DNA from: Firmicutes bacterium UBA5449
GTDB taxonomy: Bacteria; Bacillota; SHA-98; UBA4971
Reading direction: 5' to 3'
Assembly (NCBI GenBank): GCA_002424305.1
Contig: DIQZ01000035.1
Location: 162,335 to 226,334, forward strand
Length of the DNA: 64,000 nt
A model generated the notes under the pieces. It had not been told where the DNA came from, did no database searches, and was given only the letters and a program-made list of their open reading frames with translations. The position numbers and the translations under genes were made by a program. The number at the start of each line of letters is the position of its first letter. Position 1 is the first letter of the stretch. Below are positions 17,559 through 28,915 of the stretch, in pieces.

Positions 17559-18638
17559 TTACATCTGGTTTTTTTGCTCTCCGACTCTTACAGCTTCTTC
17601 CACCAATCTTGCGACGATGTCTTCCGAAGAAACGCGTCCTACAGGAGAGCCTTGCGCGAAAATCAACCCGAATTCTTCTCCGAGAGCTACCCCAACGTCT
17701 GCTTCCCGTGCCTCTCCGGGACCGTTCACTTCACATCCCATTACAGCAACTTTAATTGGAAACCTCAATCCCTGCAGCCTTTCCTCCACCTCATCTAAAA
17801 TCTTCATAAGATCCCCACGGCAACGTCCGCAAGTAGGGCACGATATTATTTCTATACGATCCGTAGGCCCTCCTATACTGGACAGAATGGAAATTCCCAC
17901 TCTTACCTCTTCCTCGGGTTCGTGCGTTAGAGACACTCGTATTGTATCGCCTATCCCTTCCATAAGAAGCACACCCAGGGCGATGGAGGACTTTACTGTA
18001 CCGACTCTTATTCCACCCGCTTCAGTGACACCTAAATGGAGCGGAAAATCGCACAATCCGGCTAAAACCCTATAAGCCTCGATTGTAGTCATAACATCTG
18101 ACGCCTTCAATGACACTACTATATCATGAAAGCCTTCATCAACAAGAAAAGACATGCTCCTCTCAGCGCTCTCAACCAGAGCTTCGCAGGAAGCCCCTTG
18201 GTGTTTTGAGAGCAGGTCCTTGGGTATGGATCCGGAATTAACCCCAACCCTTATGGGAATTCCTTGTTGCTTTGCAGCTTTCGCCACCATGGAGACTCGG
18301 TCTTTGCCTCCTATATTACCCGGATTTATCCTGAGTTTATCAGCCCCTGCTCTGACAGCAGCCAAAGCCAGCCTATAATCAAAATGAATGTCTGCTACCA
18401 GCGGAAGGGGAGAGTTTTTCTTGATCTTCTCTAAGGCTTGAGCTGCCTCTATATCAGGGACAGCACACCTGACTATGTCACAGCCTACATCTTTGAGCCT
18501 GTATATCTGAGATAGGGTTGCCTCTACATCCCTGGTATCAGTCTTCGTCATTGACTGAACAGAGATGCGCGAATCCCCCCCTATACCGATATCTCCAACC
18601 ATAACCTTGCTGGATTTACGTCGCGCAATCCCGTGCAA
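17559..18638 (-). CDS. ispG: 4-hydroxy-3-methylbut-2-en-1-yl diphosphate synthase (flavodoxin)
   Basis: 359 aa; GcpE family, C-terminal CPTCGRC [4Fe-4S] motif. Confidence 0.9.
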   Translation of the reverse strand: MHGIARRKSSKVMVGDIGIGGDSRISVQSMTKTDTRDVEATLSQIYRLKDVGCDIVRCAVPDIEAAQALEKIKKNSPLPLVADIHFDYRLALAAVRAGADKLRINPGNIGGKDRVSMVAKAAKQQGIPIRVGVNSGSIPKDLLSKHQGASCEALVESAERSMSFLVDEGFHDIVVSLKASDVMTTIEAYRVLAGLCDFPLHLGVTEAGGIRVGTVKSSIALGVLLMEGIGDTIRVSLTHEPEEEVRVGISILSSIGGPTDRIEIISCPTCGRCRGDLMKILDEVEERLQGLRFPIKVAVMGCEVNGPGEAREADVGVALGEEFGLIFAQGSPVGRVSSEDIVARLVEEAVRVGEQKNQM

Positions 18639-18658
18639 GCTTTACCCCTCCTACAAAC

Positions 18659-19717
18659 CTAGCCTCCGAGCACGCCCAGCCTGGCAATATCCGAAAACGT
18701 AGCAAAAACTATCAAGAGCCCGAGGATTGCCATGCCAATCATGCGAGCAAATGCTTCTTGCTCTATGCTAAGAGGCTTCCTACGTATGGCCTCAATTAGG
18801 AGGAGCACAATCCACCCTCCGTCAAGAACCGGTATTGGCAGAAGGTTCAAAAGCCCAAGATTCACATTGAGTAAAGCCGCAAGGTAGAGAACGTTGATAA
18901 AGCCTAGCTTTGCCGTCTCGCCTACTGCCTGAACAATTCCTATAGGACCTGCCACATCCGGCTTTACTTTCCCTGTTACCATCCTCCAGAGAGTGACAAG
19001 GAGGTTCTTTGATAAGCTCTTTGTGAAACTTGCGCCTCGGCTCACAGACTCAAGGAAGCCTCGATGAGTCCAAACCTCAGAAAGCATTACTCCGATAATC
19101 CCGCCGCGTGTATCTGAATCTGCTTCAGGAGTCACTACCCGCTCAATCCTAGTTCCGTCCCGCTCAACTGTGAAAGTCAGAGCGCGTCCCGGACTTTGCC
19201 AAATCTTGTCCTTTACTTCAGTGATACTGTCAGTTTTGGTCTTATCGATGGATATGATTCTATCACCTGCAACGATGCCTCCACGCCAAGCAGGGGTTTC
19301 CGGGTAAACCTCTGCAATTACCGTGGAAGGCACACCTGCGGAGACAAAAACTACGACGAACAGAATGAAAGCCACGACAAAATTCATGAAAGGACCTGCC
19401 AGAATAGTCAGGATCCTCAGGATAATAGGTTTCGACCGAAAACTCCTGGGATCGTGATCATCTACGTCCTCAGCGGGATCCGAAGGCTCATCCAAACCTG
19501 CAAACTTTACAAATGCACCAACGGGGAGAGTTCTTAGAGAGTATACAGTCTCTCCTCTCTTGAATTGCTTAATACTCGGGCCGAAACCCAAACTGAATTC
19601 ATACACCCGCACCCCGGCAGCCTTGCCTACAATGAAGTGACCGAATTCGTGAGATAGCGCAAATGTGAGAAACACAAAAACGAAAGCGATGAATATCATA
19701 AGTGCGGTGCTAAGCAC
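18659..19717 (-). CDS. rseP: RIP zinc metalloprotease RseP/RasP (site-2 protease with PDZ domain)
   Basis: 352 aa; HEFGH motif (SHEFGHFIVG), PDZ, multiple TM helices; dxr-rseP linkage conserved. Confidence 0.85.
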   Translation of the reverse strand: MLSTALMIFIAFVFVFLTFALSHEFGHFIVGKAAGVRVYEFSLGFGPSIKQFKRGETVYSLRTLPVGAFVKFAGLDEPSDPAEDVDDHDPRSFRSKPIILRILTILAGPFMNFVVAFILFVVVFVSAGVPSTVIAEVYPETPAWRGGIVAGDRIISIDKTKTDSITEVKDKIWQSPGRALTFTVERDGTRIERVVTPEADSDTRGGIIGVMLSEVWTHRGFLESVSRGASFTKSLSKNLLVTLWRMVTGKVKPDVAGPIGIVQAVGETAKLGFINVLYLAALLNVNLGLLNLLPIPVLDGGWIVLLLIEAIRRKPLSIEQEAFARMIGMAILGLLIVFATFSDIARLGVLGG

Positions 19718-19721
19718 AGAA

Positions 19722-20912
19722 TCATCTCCCTATCCTTTCAGCTCGCATGCGGACGTACTCTCTGGCCCGGCAATCGGCAGCCAACACCTGATCTAACGTG
19801 GATGCCTCTAATACATCATGGTTTTCCATAGCCTCTTCTACAAGGCGCGCAATGTCACAAAACCCGATACGTTGCGACATAAAAAGTCGCACTGCTTCTT
19901 CATTAGCCGAGTTCAGAACACATGTAAGGGTACCTCCCACTCGTAGAGCCTGATAACCAAGACGAAGAGCAGGAAATCTAGCCGGATCAGGCTCATCAAA
20001 TGTGAGAGCTCCCAGTTCTGTCAGGTTAATCTTGTCTCCATATCCTTTGCCCCGGCTCGGGTAGGTTAAGGCGTACTGAATAGGCAGTCTCATGTCTTGT
20101 GCGCCAAGTTGAGCCAAAATCGACCCGTCAACGAACTCTACCATGGAGTGAACAATACTTTGCTCATGAATTACTGCACTAATCCTATCAGGATCTATTC
20201 CAAAAAGCCACCTTGCTTCTATAAGTTCAAGGGCTTTGTTCATCAAGGTTGCAGAGTCTATTGAAACCTTTGCACCCATAGACCACGTAGGATGGCGAAG
20301 AGCCGCATCCGGCGTCACCGTTTCCATTTCTTCTTTGGAAAACTTGAGAAAAGGACCGCCTGATGCAGTAAGAATCAATCTTTCTACGCTCATCATATCG
20401 TGCCCTTTGAGACACTGAAATATTGCAGAGTGCTCACTGTCTACAGGTAGAATCTTGACGTTATGCTTCGCAGCCTCATCCATCACGATTTCCCCGGCGG
20501 TTACCAGTGCCTCTTTTGTAGCAAGTGCTATAGTCTTGCCGCTCCGGATAGCTTGAATTGTCGGGATGAGGCCTTGTATCCCAACGATTGCACACACTGC
20601 AAGTTCCGCATCGTCATAGGATGCTACAATACCGGCGGCATCTTCTCCGGACACAACCTCTATTTCAAGATCTCTGACTCTATCCTTAAATACTGCGGCT
20701 GCATCAGCATGAGCTATACCCACAATCTGAGGACGCCAAGTTCTCACTTGTTTCTCTAAGATATCTATATTCTTGCCTGCGGCAAGTCCTACGATATTAA
20801 TGTCCTTACGGTGCCATTCGGCTACCTCAAGTGTCTGAGTTCCAATAGATCCTGTAGAACCTAACACTACAACAGAGCGAGCCAACAAGTCCCCTCCTAT
20901 TCTCCGGTCCAT
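19722..20912 (-). CDS. dxr: 1-deoxy-D-xylulose 5-phosphate reductoisomerase
   Basis: 396 aa; N-terminal GSTGSIG NADPH motif. Confidence 0.9.
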   Translation of the reverse strand: MDRRIGGDLLARSVVVLGSTGSIGTQTLEVAEWHRKDINIVGLAAGKNIDILEKQVRTWRPQIVGIAHADAAAVFKDRVRDLEIEVVSGEDAAGIVASYDDAELAVCAIVGIQGLIPTIQAIRSGKTIALATKEALVTAGEIVMDEAAKHNVKILPVDSEHSAIFQCLKGHDMMSVERLILTASGGPFLKFSKEEMETVTPDAALRHPTWSMGAKVSIDSATLMNKALELIEARWLFGIDPDRISAVIHEQSIVHSMVEFVDGSILAQLGAQDMRLPIQYALTYPSRGKGYGDKINLTELGALTFDEPDPARFPALRLGYQALRVGGTLTCVLNSANEEAVRLFMSQRIGFCDIARLVEEAMENHDVLEASTLDQVLAADCRAREYVRMRAERIGR

Positions 20913-21943
20913 GAAGGCAGCACTCCAACCTTAATCAATACTTTCAGTATGACTGCAAGGAGTGGGCCGATGAGCATTCCGATAGCACCGAGCAATCTGT
21001 ATCCGAGGTACATAGACATAAGCACACCAAGGGGATGAATACCTAGATTGGCCCCAAGCACCCTTGGCTCAATACCTTTACGGATAAGAAACTGAACCGC
21101 CATGAGAACTGCAATGACTATGGCCTGGTGAAACTGCCTTACTAACAGATGAAAAATAATTAGCGGTACATACAGTAATCCAGGGCCAACCAATGGGATA
21201 AGATCTAAGATGCCTGCAATTATCCCAAAGAGCCAAGCGTACCTGACTTGTGCTATTGTAAAGCCCAAAATACTAACGATTATCGTCACGCTAACCAAAA
21301 TGAGATATGCCCTAATAAACCCAAGAGTTGCTGAAACCACCCCGACCCTGGCCAGTTTAGCCTTATCGCGCCATTTCGAAGGCGTAACATTGACTATAAA
21401 CTCTGATATCTGTCTTTTATCACGACTGATAAAGAAAGCAGCAAAAAAGCTTACAATTATATTAATACTGAATCTTGGGAGGCTCCCGATAACCCCGGTC
21501 ATACCTACGAGAAGCCGCTCAAGACCGGTATATAGTGTGGACTGCGCTCTCCTCATTGCCTCTATTACGGAATCCGGCAGGCCTTCAGCTACCCCTTTCA
21601 GGTACGAAATCATGTTGCGTAAGACTTCTTCAAGGTTCATGTTGTAAATAGGCAACGCACGATAGAGGTCTTGCACTTCAGAGACGATTCGCACGATTAC
21701 CAGAGCAATGACAACCGATAACAAAACCAGCACAATCAGAAGACAGATAAAGACACATGCCCCTCTATTGAAACGGAAACGTCGCGTCGCAAGTTCCACA
21801 ATGGGATCAATGATTGCAGCTAAGATAAGGGCGGCGATAAATGGAGTAAAAAGAGGAAATACGTGACGAGCCGCAAGGTAACATGCAACAAGCACAGCGC
21901 ACCATATGAAGAAATATCGCCAGCCGCCGGATATCTTTTCCAA
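20897..21943 (-). CDS. AI-2E family (UPF0118/YtvI-like) integral membrane protein
   Basis: 348 aa, about 8 predicted TM helices, architecture of AI-2E transporter family. Confidence 0.55.
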   Translation of the reverse strand: MEKISGGWRYFFIWCAVLVACYLAARHVFPLFTPFIAALILAAIIDPIVELATRRFRFNRGACVFICLLIVLVLLSVVIALVIVRIVSEVQDLYRALPIYNMNLEEVLRNMISYLKGVAEGLPDSVIEAMRRAQSTLYTGLERLLVGMTGVIGSLPRFSINIIVSFFAAFFISRDKRQISEFIVNVTPSKWRDKAKLARVGVVSATLGFIRAYLILVSVTIIVSILGFTIAQVRYAWLFGIIAGILDLIPLVGPGLLYVPLIIFHLLVRQFHQAIVIAVLMAVQFLIRKGIEPRVLGANLGIHPLGVLMSMYLGYRLLGAIGMLIGPLLAVILKVLIKVGVLPSWTGE

Positions 21944-21979
21944 GGCACCTACCTCACGAAACGCATAAGCGTAAGTTAA

Positions 21980-22837
21980 TTATGACAGAAAAAGTCGCAC
22001 ATAATAGTACACTACAGGAATAGCCAAGAGCAAGCTGTCAATTCTGTCTAAGATTCCACCGTGACCCGGCATGAAAATTCCTGAGTCCTTAACTTCAGCA
22101 CTTCTCTTAAAGGCTGATTCCGCCAAGTCACCTACCTGTCCGGTAATGGAAGTTACAACAGCAAGCATCAGACTATGACTCAAGCTTAGATGAGGCCACC
22201 ACATTAGCACAGCACCTAACCACCTTACAACAACCCCTGCTATAATACCACCTGCCAGACCCAGGATTGCTCCCTCAACAGTCTTGTTAGGACTCACCCT
22301 CGGCGCCAGCTTATGTTTACCAAAGAGTCTTCCGCCATAATATGCTCCGATATCAGTGGCCCAGACTGTAAGAATAGCCATTAACAAGTAGCCAAGCCCG
22401 GCATGCTCTCCGCCTACGCAACGTAACATAAGAGCCGTTGACATAGGAAGTCCCACATAGACCGATCCTAAAAGAGTTATTGCCACATTTGCAATAGAGT
22501 TTTGACCTCCGAGAACCAATGTCTGCCAGGTTAGACTCATGAGCACGATCACAGTCAAAACAAGGCCTGTGGTGTGCTCTAAACCTATATAGCCCAAGGC
22601 CACGAAAGCTATTACTCCGACAATCCCCACGCGATCCAGAGGACCATAACCTGAGCACTGAGCAAGCTTGTAGAACTCTCTGATAGCCAGTATTCCAAAT
22701 ATCAACAAGGTTGCTGCCAAATAGGCCCTACCTAAGACTATGACTAAAAGTGCAAAGGGTATAGCTATTAGCGCACTTGCAACTCTCTGGTTCAAGTTTT
22801 GGAACCCTCCCCTTGAGGAGATTTCAGACACTGCCAA
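21980..22837 (-). CDS. cdsA: Phosphatidate cytidylyltransferase
   Basis: 285 aa polytopic membrane protein with CTP-transferase signature region; uppS-cdsA linkage. Confidence 0.85.
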   Translation of the reverse strand: MAVSEISSRGGFQNLNQRVASALIAIPFALLVIVLGRAYLAATLLIFGILAIREFYKLAQCSGYGPLDRVGIVGVIAFVALGYIGLEHTTGLVLTVIVLMSLTWQTLVLGGQNSIANVAITLLGSVYVGLPMSTALMLRCVGGEHAGLGYLLMAILTVWATDIGAYYGGRLFGKHKLAPRVSPNKTVEGAILGLAGGIIAGVVVRWLGAVLMWWPHLSLSHSLMLAVVTSITGQVGDLAESAFKRSAEVKDSGIFMPGHGGILDRIDSLLLAIPVVYYYVRLFLS

Positions 22838-23621
22838 ACCTTCGATCCCGGCGCTGATACTCCAATATTGCCAAAAGGAGATCTTCTCCGGAAAAATCGG
22901 GCCAGAGCACAGGGGTCACTACCAGCTCAGCATAAGCAGACTGCCAGATGAGGAAGTTAGATATCCTCATCTCTCCCCCGGTACGAATTATCAGGTCAGG
23001 ATTGGGGACGCCTGCAGTATAAAGGTGAGAACTTATGTCTTCCTCACAAATGGTATCAGGCGCTATCTCACCTAGGACAGCCTTTTTCGCAAGCTCTTGC
23101 ACTGCTCTTCTTATCTCGTCACGGCCACCGTAGTCTATGGCAAGATTCACAAAAATCTTGTTATTTGCGTCTGTCCTGTCTTCAATCTTGATTATCGCAC
23201 GAAGCACACGCCGTGGCAACCGATCCCTGCGTCCGATAACTCTAATCTTTGCGCCGTAGTCAACCAAGTCCTGCAATTTTCCCTCAAACATCTTTACGAG
23301 AAGATTCATGAGACCCTCTACTTCATCTTCGGGGCGTCTCCAGTTTTCAGTAGAGAATACGTAGAGTGTCACATATTTTATCCCGATATCTTGCGCGAAT
23401 TTCACAATCTCTTCTGCTTTCTCGCTACCCACTGCATGGCCTGCGAGCCTCGGAAGACCCTGTCGCAGAGCCCATCTTCCGTTACCGTCCATTATTATGG
23501 CAACATGTAGAGGGAGCCCGGCCAGATCGAGTTGCGCTTTCAAAGAATCAATGTCCTTTGCATCACGATCAACGCGTCTCCCTACACCTGAAAGCCAACT
23601 GGAGAAAGCCTTCCTAACCAC
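22824..23621 (-). CDS. uppS: Isoprenyl transferase (undecaprenyl diphosphate synthase)
   Basis: 265 aa; IIMDGNGRWA motif. Confidence 0.9.
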   Translation of the reverse strand: MVRKAFSSWLSGVGRRVDRDAKDIDSLKAQLDLAGLPLHVAIIMDGNGRWALRQGLPRLAGHAVGSEKAEEIVKFAQDIGIKYVTLYVFSTENWRRPEDEVEGLMNLLVKMFEGKLQDLVDYGAKIRVIGRRDRLPRRVLRAIIKIEDRTDANNKIFVNLAIDYGGRDEIRRAVQELAKKAVLGEIAPDTICEEDISSHLYTAGVPNPDLIIRTGGEMRISNFLIWQSAYAELVVTPVLWPDFSGEDLLLAILEYQRRDRRFGSV

Positions 23622-23684
23622 TTTAAGATCCTACACCTCCGTTCATTTAATATATCACACAAATAGGACCCATATAAAATGTTA

Positions 23685-23704
23685 AGGGGAGGTGACCCTC
23701 CCCT
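23685..23704 (-). terminator. Putative intrinsic terminator after ferredoxin gene (GGGGAGG-tgac-CCTCCCC stem followed by U-rich TAACAUUUUAUAU on reverse strand)
   Basis: Read directly. Confidence 0.4.
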
Positions 23705-23725
23705 GTAAAAATCAGGATTACGTAA

Positions 23726-23908
23726 TTATTCTTCTTCTATGATTGCTTCAAAGGGACACTCTTCCGCACACATTCCGCAATCAGTGCAAATTTCAGGATC
23801 TATCACGTATTTGTCGTCTCCTTCACTGATTGCTTCAAAGGGACATACGTCAGCACATGTGCCGCACTTTGTGCACTCGTCAGTGATAAAATGTGGCAAC
23901 CCGGCCAC
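23726..23908 (-). CDS. 2x[4Fe-4S] ferredoxin (60 aa)
   Basis: Two CxxCxxCxxxCP motifs (CTKCGTCADVCP; CTDCGMCAEECP). Confidence 0.8.
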   Translation of the reverse strand: MAGLPHFITDECTKCGTCADVCPFEAISEGDDKYVIDPEICTDCGMCAEECPFEAIIEEE

Positions 23909-23914
23909 CCCCTC

Positions 23915-24472
23915 TCAGAATTCCATAATTTCAGATTCCTTTGCCTCGAGTAGGCTGTCAACCTCAGCAACGTATGCATCGGTTAGCTTCTGAATATCAT
24001 CCTGACCCCGCCTTAGGTCGTCTTCAGTTATTTCTTTGTTTTTCTCTTTTTCGCGCAGGATATCTATGGCCTCGCGCCTGATATTCCTTACGCGAATACG
24101 CATCTCTTCAGCGACCTTCCTAGCCCCCCTCACCAAGTCACGACGTCTTTCTTCAGTAAGCGTAGGAATGGATATTCTAATAAGAGACCCGTCACTCATA
24201 GGTGTCAAAGCCAGATCTGACTTAAGAATAGCGCGTTCGATGTCAGGCACAAGTTTACGATCCCACGGTTGGATTACCAAAAGGCGAGGCTCAGGCACGG
24301 AAACACTGGCTACTTGATTTATGGGGTAGATATCACCGTAAGCCTCTACATTCACCCTATCAAGCAGAGCCGGATTAGCTCGGCCTGTCCTAATTGATGC
24401 AAATTCTTTTCGAGTCGATTCCACAACGTCCTTCATTTTTTCTTCAATCTTGCTATGCTCGTCGTCTGGCAT
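23915..24472 (-). CDS. frr: Ribosome recycling factor
   Basis: Track ORF 23915..24529 over-extended into pyrH; likely start ATG at about 24472 (MPDDEHSKIEEKM...) with AGGGGGA RBS; 185 aa. Confidence 0.9.
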   Translation of the reverse strand: MPDDEHSKIEEKMKDVVESTRKEFASIRTGRANPALLDRVNVEAYGDIYPINQVASVSVPEPRLLVIQPWDRKLVPDIERAILKSDLALTPMSDGSLIRISIPTLTEERRRDLVRGARKVAEEMRIRVRNIRREAIDILREKEKNKEITEDDLRRGQDDIQKLTDAYVAEVDSLLEAKESEIMEF

Positions 24473-24473
24473 A

Positions 24474-25238
<765 letters not shown>

Positions 25239-25892
25239 CTAGTTGATTGCACATTCCTGCTTTTCGGGTTTCTCTATACCTTCCCCGATTTCATATCTGG
25301 TAAACCGACTTATCTCTATCTTCTCGCCTGTTTTCGCTGAGACTTCAATGACAAGATCTTGCACGGTTTTCTCAGCATCACGAATGTAGGGTTGTTCCAA
25401 GAGACACACTTCGCTATAGAACTTCTTTATCCGTCCTTCGACGATCTTCTCTGCAATCTTCTCCGGCTTACCTTCATTTAGTGCCTGAGCCCTAAGAATT
25501 TCCTTCTCGTTCTCAAGCACTGACTCAGGAACATCTTCCCGTGATACGAAAAGAGGCCTGGAAGCTGCAATCTGAAGAGCAATTTCTTTGGCAAGAGTTT
25601 GGAAGTCATCTGTGCGCGCCACGAAGTCAGTCTCGGAATTGACCTCTACAAGAACTCCAATCTTACCCCCATGGTGGATATAAGACTCGACTATCCCTTC
25701 CGCAGCCACCCTGCCGGCTCTCCTGACCATTTTTGCCAGGCCCTTCTCACGGAGATAGGCCACGGCCTTTTCCATGTCACCACCGGTTTCAGCAAGGGCT
25801 TTTTTACAATCCATCATGCCTGCACCGGTTCTCTCCCGTAGTTCCTTAACATGTTCGGCTTTAATTGCCACAAGTCCTACCTCCTTCTTCAT
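25239..25892 (-). CDS. tsf: Elongation factor Ts
   Basis: 217 aa; [22 protein letters not shown]-like N-terminus. Confidence 0.9.
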   Translation of the reverse strand: MKKEVGLVAIKAEHVKELRERTGAGMMDCKKALAETGGDMEKAVAYLREKGLAKMVRRAGRVAAEGIVESYIHHGGKIGVLVEVNSETDFVARTDDFQTLAKEIALQIAASRPLFVSREDVPESVLENEKEILRAQALNEGKPEKIAEKIVEGRIKKFYSEVCLLEQPYIRDAEKTVQDLVIEVSAKTGEKIEISRFTRYEIGEGIEKPEKQECAIN

Positions 25893-25895
25893 AGA

Positions 25896-26762
25896 CTACT
25901 CATTGTCACCGCTACCCTGCGCACTAACGTTATCAATCTCAGTGATTTCCACTACATCATTATCAAGAGGAATCTCTATAACGTCAGTTACGCCGTCTTC
26001 TATCTCGCTGTCAAGTTCGTGTTCTCTGATTTCTCCTACCGGAGACTCAACCATATCGCCTTCTATCGGCGCTGCATCCAGACCCTCGAGTCCCTCAATG
26101 ACAGCATCCGCAATCCTACCGGTTATTAGTTTGATAGCACGAATGGCATCATCGTTACCTGGAACAACATAGTCAATCTCGTCAGGATCACAATTCGTAT
26201 CCACTATAGAGATGATTGGTATATTGAGCCTTCTCGCTTCTTGCACTGCTATTCGCTCCTTACGTGAATCCACTACGAAGACTGCATCAGGCAACTTGTT
26301 CATATCGCGTACGCCACCGAGAAACTTCTCAAGCTTCTGTCTTTCCTTCACAAGTTGAAGGACTTCCTTCTTAGGCAGCACTTCAAAGAAACCATCCGTT
26401 TCCAGTTTCTCAATCTCTTGGAGACGCTGGACGCGTTTTCTTATGGTCTGAAAGTTGGTGAGCATTCCACCCAACCACCGCACGTTAACGTGGAACATAC
26501 CACATCGTTGGGCTTCTTCTCTGATAGTGTTCTGGGCCTGCTTTTTTGTGCCCACAAACAGTATGGTGCCACCATCTCTTACTACATCCCTTACGAATGC
26601 ATATGCGTCTTCCATCATCTTCACAGTCTTCTGCAGATCAATAATGTAAATCCCGTTACGCTCGGTGAAGATATACGGCTTCATCTTAGGATTCCAACGC
26701 CTGGTTTGGTGCCCAAAATGCACACCGGCTTCAAGTAGTTGCTTCATCGTGACTACTGCCAT
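25896..26762 (-). CDS. rpsB: 30S ribosomal protein S2 with acidic C-terminal extension
   Basis: Track ORF extends to 26912 but true start is ATG at about 26762 ([27 protein letters not shown]) with GGAGGTGAG RBS; about 288 aa incl. about 45-aa Asp/Glu-rich tail. Confidence 0.9.
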   Translation of the reverse strand: MAVVTMKQLLEAGVHFGHQTRRWNPKMKPYIFTERNGIYIIDLQKTVKMMEDAYAFVRDVVRDGGTILFVGTKKQAQNTIREEAQRCGMFHVNVRWLGGMLTNFQTIRKRVQRLQEIEKLETDGFFEVLPKKEVLQLVKERQKLEKFLGGVRDMNKLPDAVFVVDSRKERIAVQEARRLNIPIISIVDTNCDPDEIDYVVPGNDDAIRAIKLITGRIADAVIEGLEGLDAAPIEGDMVESPVGEIREHELDSEIEDGVTDVIEIPLDNDVVEITEIDNVSAQGSGDNE

Positions 26763-27028
26763 AATCTCACCTCCTCCCTGTTCGGTTTTTCCTCCGCCTC
26801 TGTCATTCCTAGGTAAAACCCGTATCAAGGGCACCGATACCAAGGTCAAGAAGCGTGCGTGATAACGCCAATGCGTAGTATACCACACTACAATAGCCAT
26901 ATCAACGAGCACATGCCAAGAAGAATTTGCACCAAGAGCGTCTTTGAGAATACTTAAGCATCACCGGGGAATACCTAAATTGAGCAATTCCCGAATCATG
27001 CATGGGAAATAAGGATGGAGGTTCTTAG

Positions 27029-28909
27029 GTGGGATTAACCGGTGGCTTGCTTGAAAGGCTTATCTCTCTTTTGCTATTTCAGCCCCCTGAAAGCAAAACA
27101 CAGCCTGACGCTGAAGCAGGAAAAGATCCCCACGTTCATGAACCCAAAACATCCAAGTCCCTTCCGAACGTGAGACAAGCTCGTCAAAGAACCGGACGCA
27201 AACGTAAGGCAGGAATCGGTCTGGGTAGAATAACACCCAAAAAGATTAGGACTGTCAAGCCAAACGTTCTCACTCAGGAAACATCGTCTGAGATCACTCC
27301 TTCCATCGGTGAGACAGAGAGCAGTGAGATGAAGCTTCTTTCGAAAAACCTTCAAGATAACCTCAATGCCCTAAAATCAATCCTACACTACGGCACTAAT
27401 GCAGATGCAGTAGTGAGGGAGTTTGACATACCGACTATTCCAAAGACAGAGGCTTCAATTGTATTTATTGAAGGATTGGCGTCAACAAACATTATTGACT
27501 TCGCAATACTCCAACCACTCATGCTTATCGCCAATCTGGATGACGATCGAAAGGCAGAGAACACTCTGGAACTAGTCAAACGGAGGTTGCTTCCTGGCAA
27601 TCAGGTGACTGAGAAAGACAACCTCCGGGCAATAACGGAAGGTGTCCTTTCCGGCGCTACCTGCCTCCTTATTGAGGGAAGCGACATCGCTCTCACCGTG
27701 GAGACCCGGTCTTGGGAACACAGAGGCATAGAAAAACCCTCTGCTGAAATGGTAGTCCGAGGGCCCCAAGAAGCCTTCAATGAAACCCTCAGAAGCAACT
27801 TAGCATTGATCAGGAGAAGAATGCGTACACCAGACCTGATAACTGAGATGCTAAAGGTAGGCACTCTGTCAAGAGTGGATTGCGCTGTCCTATACATCGA
27901 AGGCCTTACCAATCCCGAGCTGGTAGATGAAGTCAAGCGAAGAATATCAGAGACGAAGTCTGATCACATACAGGACACAGGAGTCCTCGAACAGTTCATC
28001 GAGGAAAAACCTTATGTTTTAGCACCGCAAACCCTCTCTACCGAACGACCGGATAGAATGGCATCGTTTCTTGCAGAAGGATACGTCGGGATTATGCTGG
28101 ACGGCAGTCCTTTTGGACTGGTGCTCCCTGCTACCTTTTGGTCACTCCTGCAATCAGCAGAGGACTATTTTCTAAGATGGCCGTTTGGCGCATTCCTTAG
28201 GGTTATTCGAACCTTAGCTCTAATATTGGCCATCTTCCTGCCTGCTATATATCTTGCGCTGACCAACTTTCATCCTGAGATGATCCCTACAGATCTCCTT
28301 CTGGCGATAGCTGCCAGCCGGGAAAAAGTGCCTTTCCCCACCGCTGTTGAAGTCTTGATAATGGAACTCTCCATTGAACTCATACGCGAAGCAGGAGTTA
28401 GAATCCCGGGCATAATTGGGCCCACCTTAGGGATAGTGGGCGCACTAATCTTAGGACAGGCAGCGGTAGCAGCTTCAATAGTCAGTCCTATACTTGTAGT
28501 AATAGTAGCTATTACCGCTTTGGGGGCATTTGCAGTTCCGAATTTTAATATGTCTTTTGCAATTCGTCTCTATCGTTTCCTGTACATAGTACTTGCAGCA
28601 GCTCTTGGCTTCTATGGTGTTGCAATCGGTGTGTTCATACAACTTGTGACATATGTAAACCTTAAATCGTTTGGTGTTCCGTACATGTCTCCTGTCGCTC
28701 CATACACTCGTTCCAGTGGAGATGCGCTCTTTAGATACCCCCTATGGAAATCAGAGATTCGTCCTTCTTTCCTCAAGCCTCAACAGGAAGAGAGGCAACC
28801 GCGAATATCTCGTGGATGGGTCAGCAACCGGACTAAGAATAACAAGAACGACTCTTCTCAAATAAAGAGCGGGCAAAGCAAAAAGGAAAACCCTCAAGAT
28901 GAAAGGTGA
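27029..28909 (+). CDS. Spore germination protein, GerA/GerKA family (A subunit) with about 100-aa Lys/Arg-rich N-terminal extension
   Basis: 626 aa; GTG start with GGAGG RBS 7 nt upstream; GerAA-family core begins near MKLLSKNLQDNLNALKSI (alternative ATG about 27329); 4-5 C-terminal TM helices. Confidence 0.8.
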   Translation: MGLTGGLLERLISLLLFQPPESKTQPDAEAGKDPHVHEPKTSKSLPNVRQARQRTGRKRKAGIGLGRITPKKIRTVKPNVLTQETSSEITPSIGETESSEMKLLSKNLQDNLNALKSILHYGTNADAVVREFDIPTIPKTEASIVFIEGLASTNIIDFAILQPLMLIANLDDDRKAENTLELVKRRLLPGNQVTEKDNLRAITEGVLSGATCLLIEGSDIALTVETRSWEHRGIEKPSAEMVVRGPQEAFNETLRSNLALIRRRMRTPDLITEMLKVGTLSRVDCAVLYIEGLTNPELVDEVKRRISETKSDHIQDTGVLEQFIEEKPYVLAPQTLSTERPDRMASFLAEGYVGIMLDGSPFGLVLPATFWSLLQSAEDYFLRWPFGAFLRVIRTLALILAIFLPAIYLALTNFHPEMIPTDLLLAIAASREKVPFPTAVEVLIMELSIELIREAGVRIPGIIGPTLGIVGALILGQAAVAASIVSPILVVIVAITALGAFAVPNFNMSFAIRLYRFLYIVLAAALGFYGVAIGVFIQLVTYVNLKSFGVPYMSPVAPYTRSSGDALFRYPLWKSEIRPSFLKPQQEERQPRISRGWVSNRTKNNKNDSSQIKSGQSKKENPQDER

Positions 28910-28915
28910 AAGAAC

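Noticed and set aside
26763-26912. N-terminal 50 codons of the rpsB track ORF
   Set aside because: True start is the ATG with a GGAGGTGAG RBS at about 26762. The upstream part is 5' UTR read-through (same pattern for fabF, acpP, fabG, fabD, fabH, plsX, frr, ffh and the RsbW-like kinase track ORFs).
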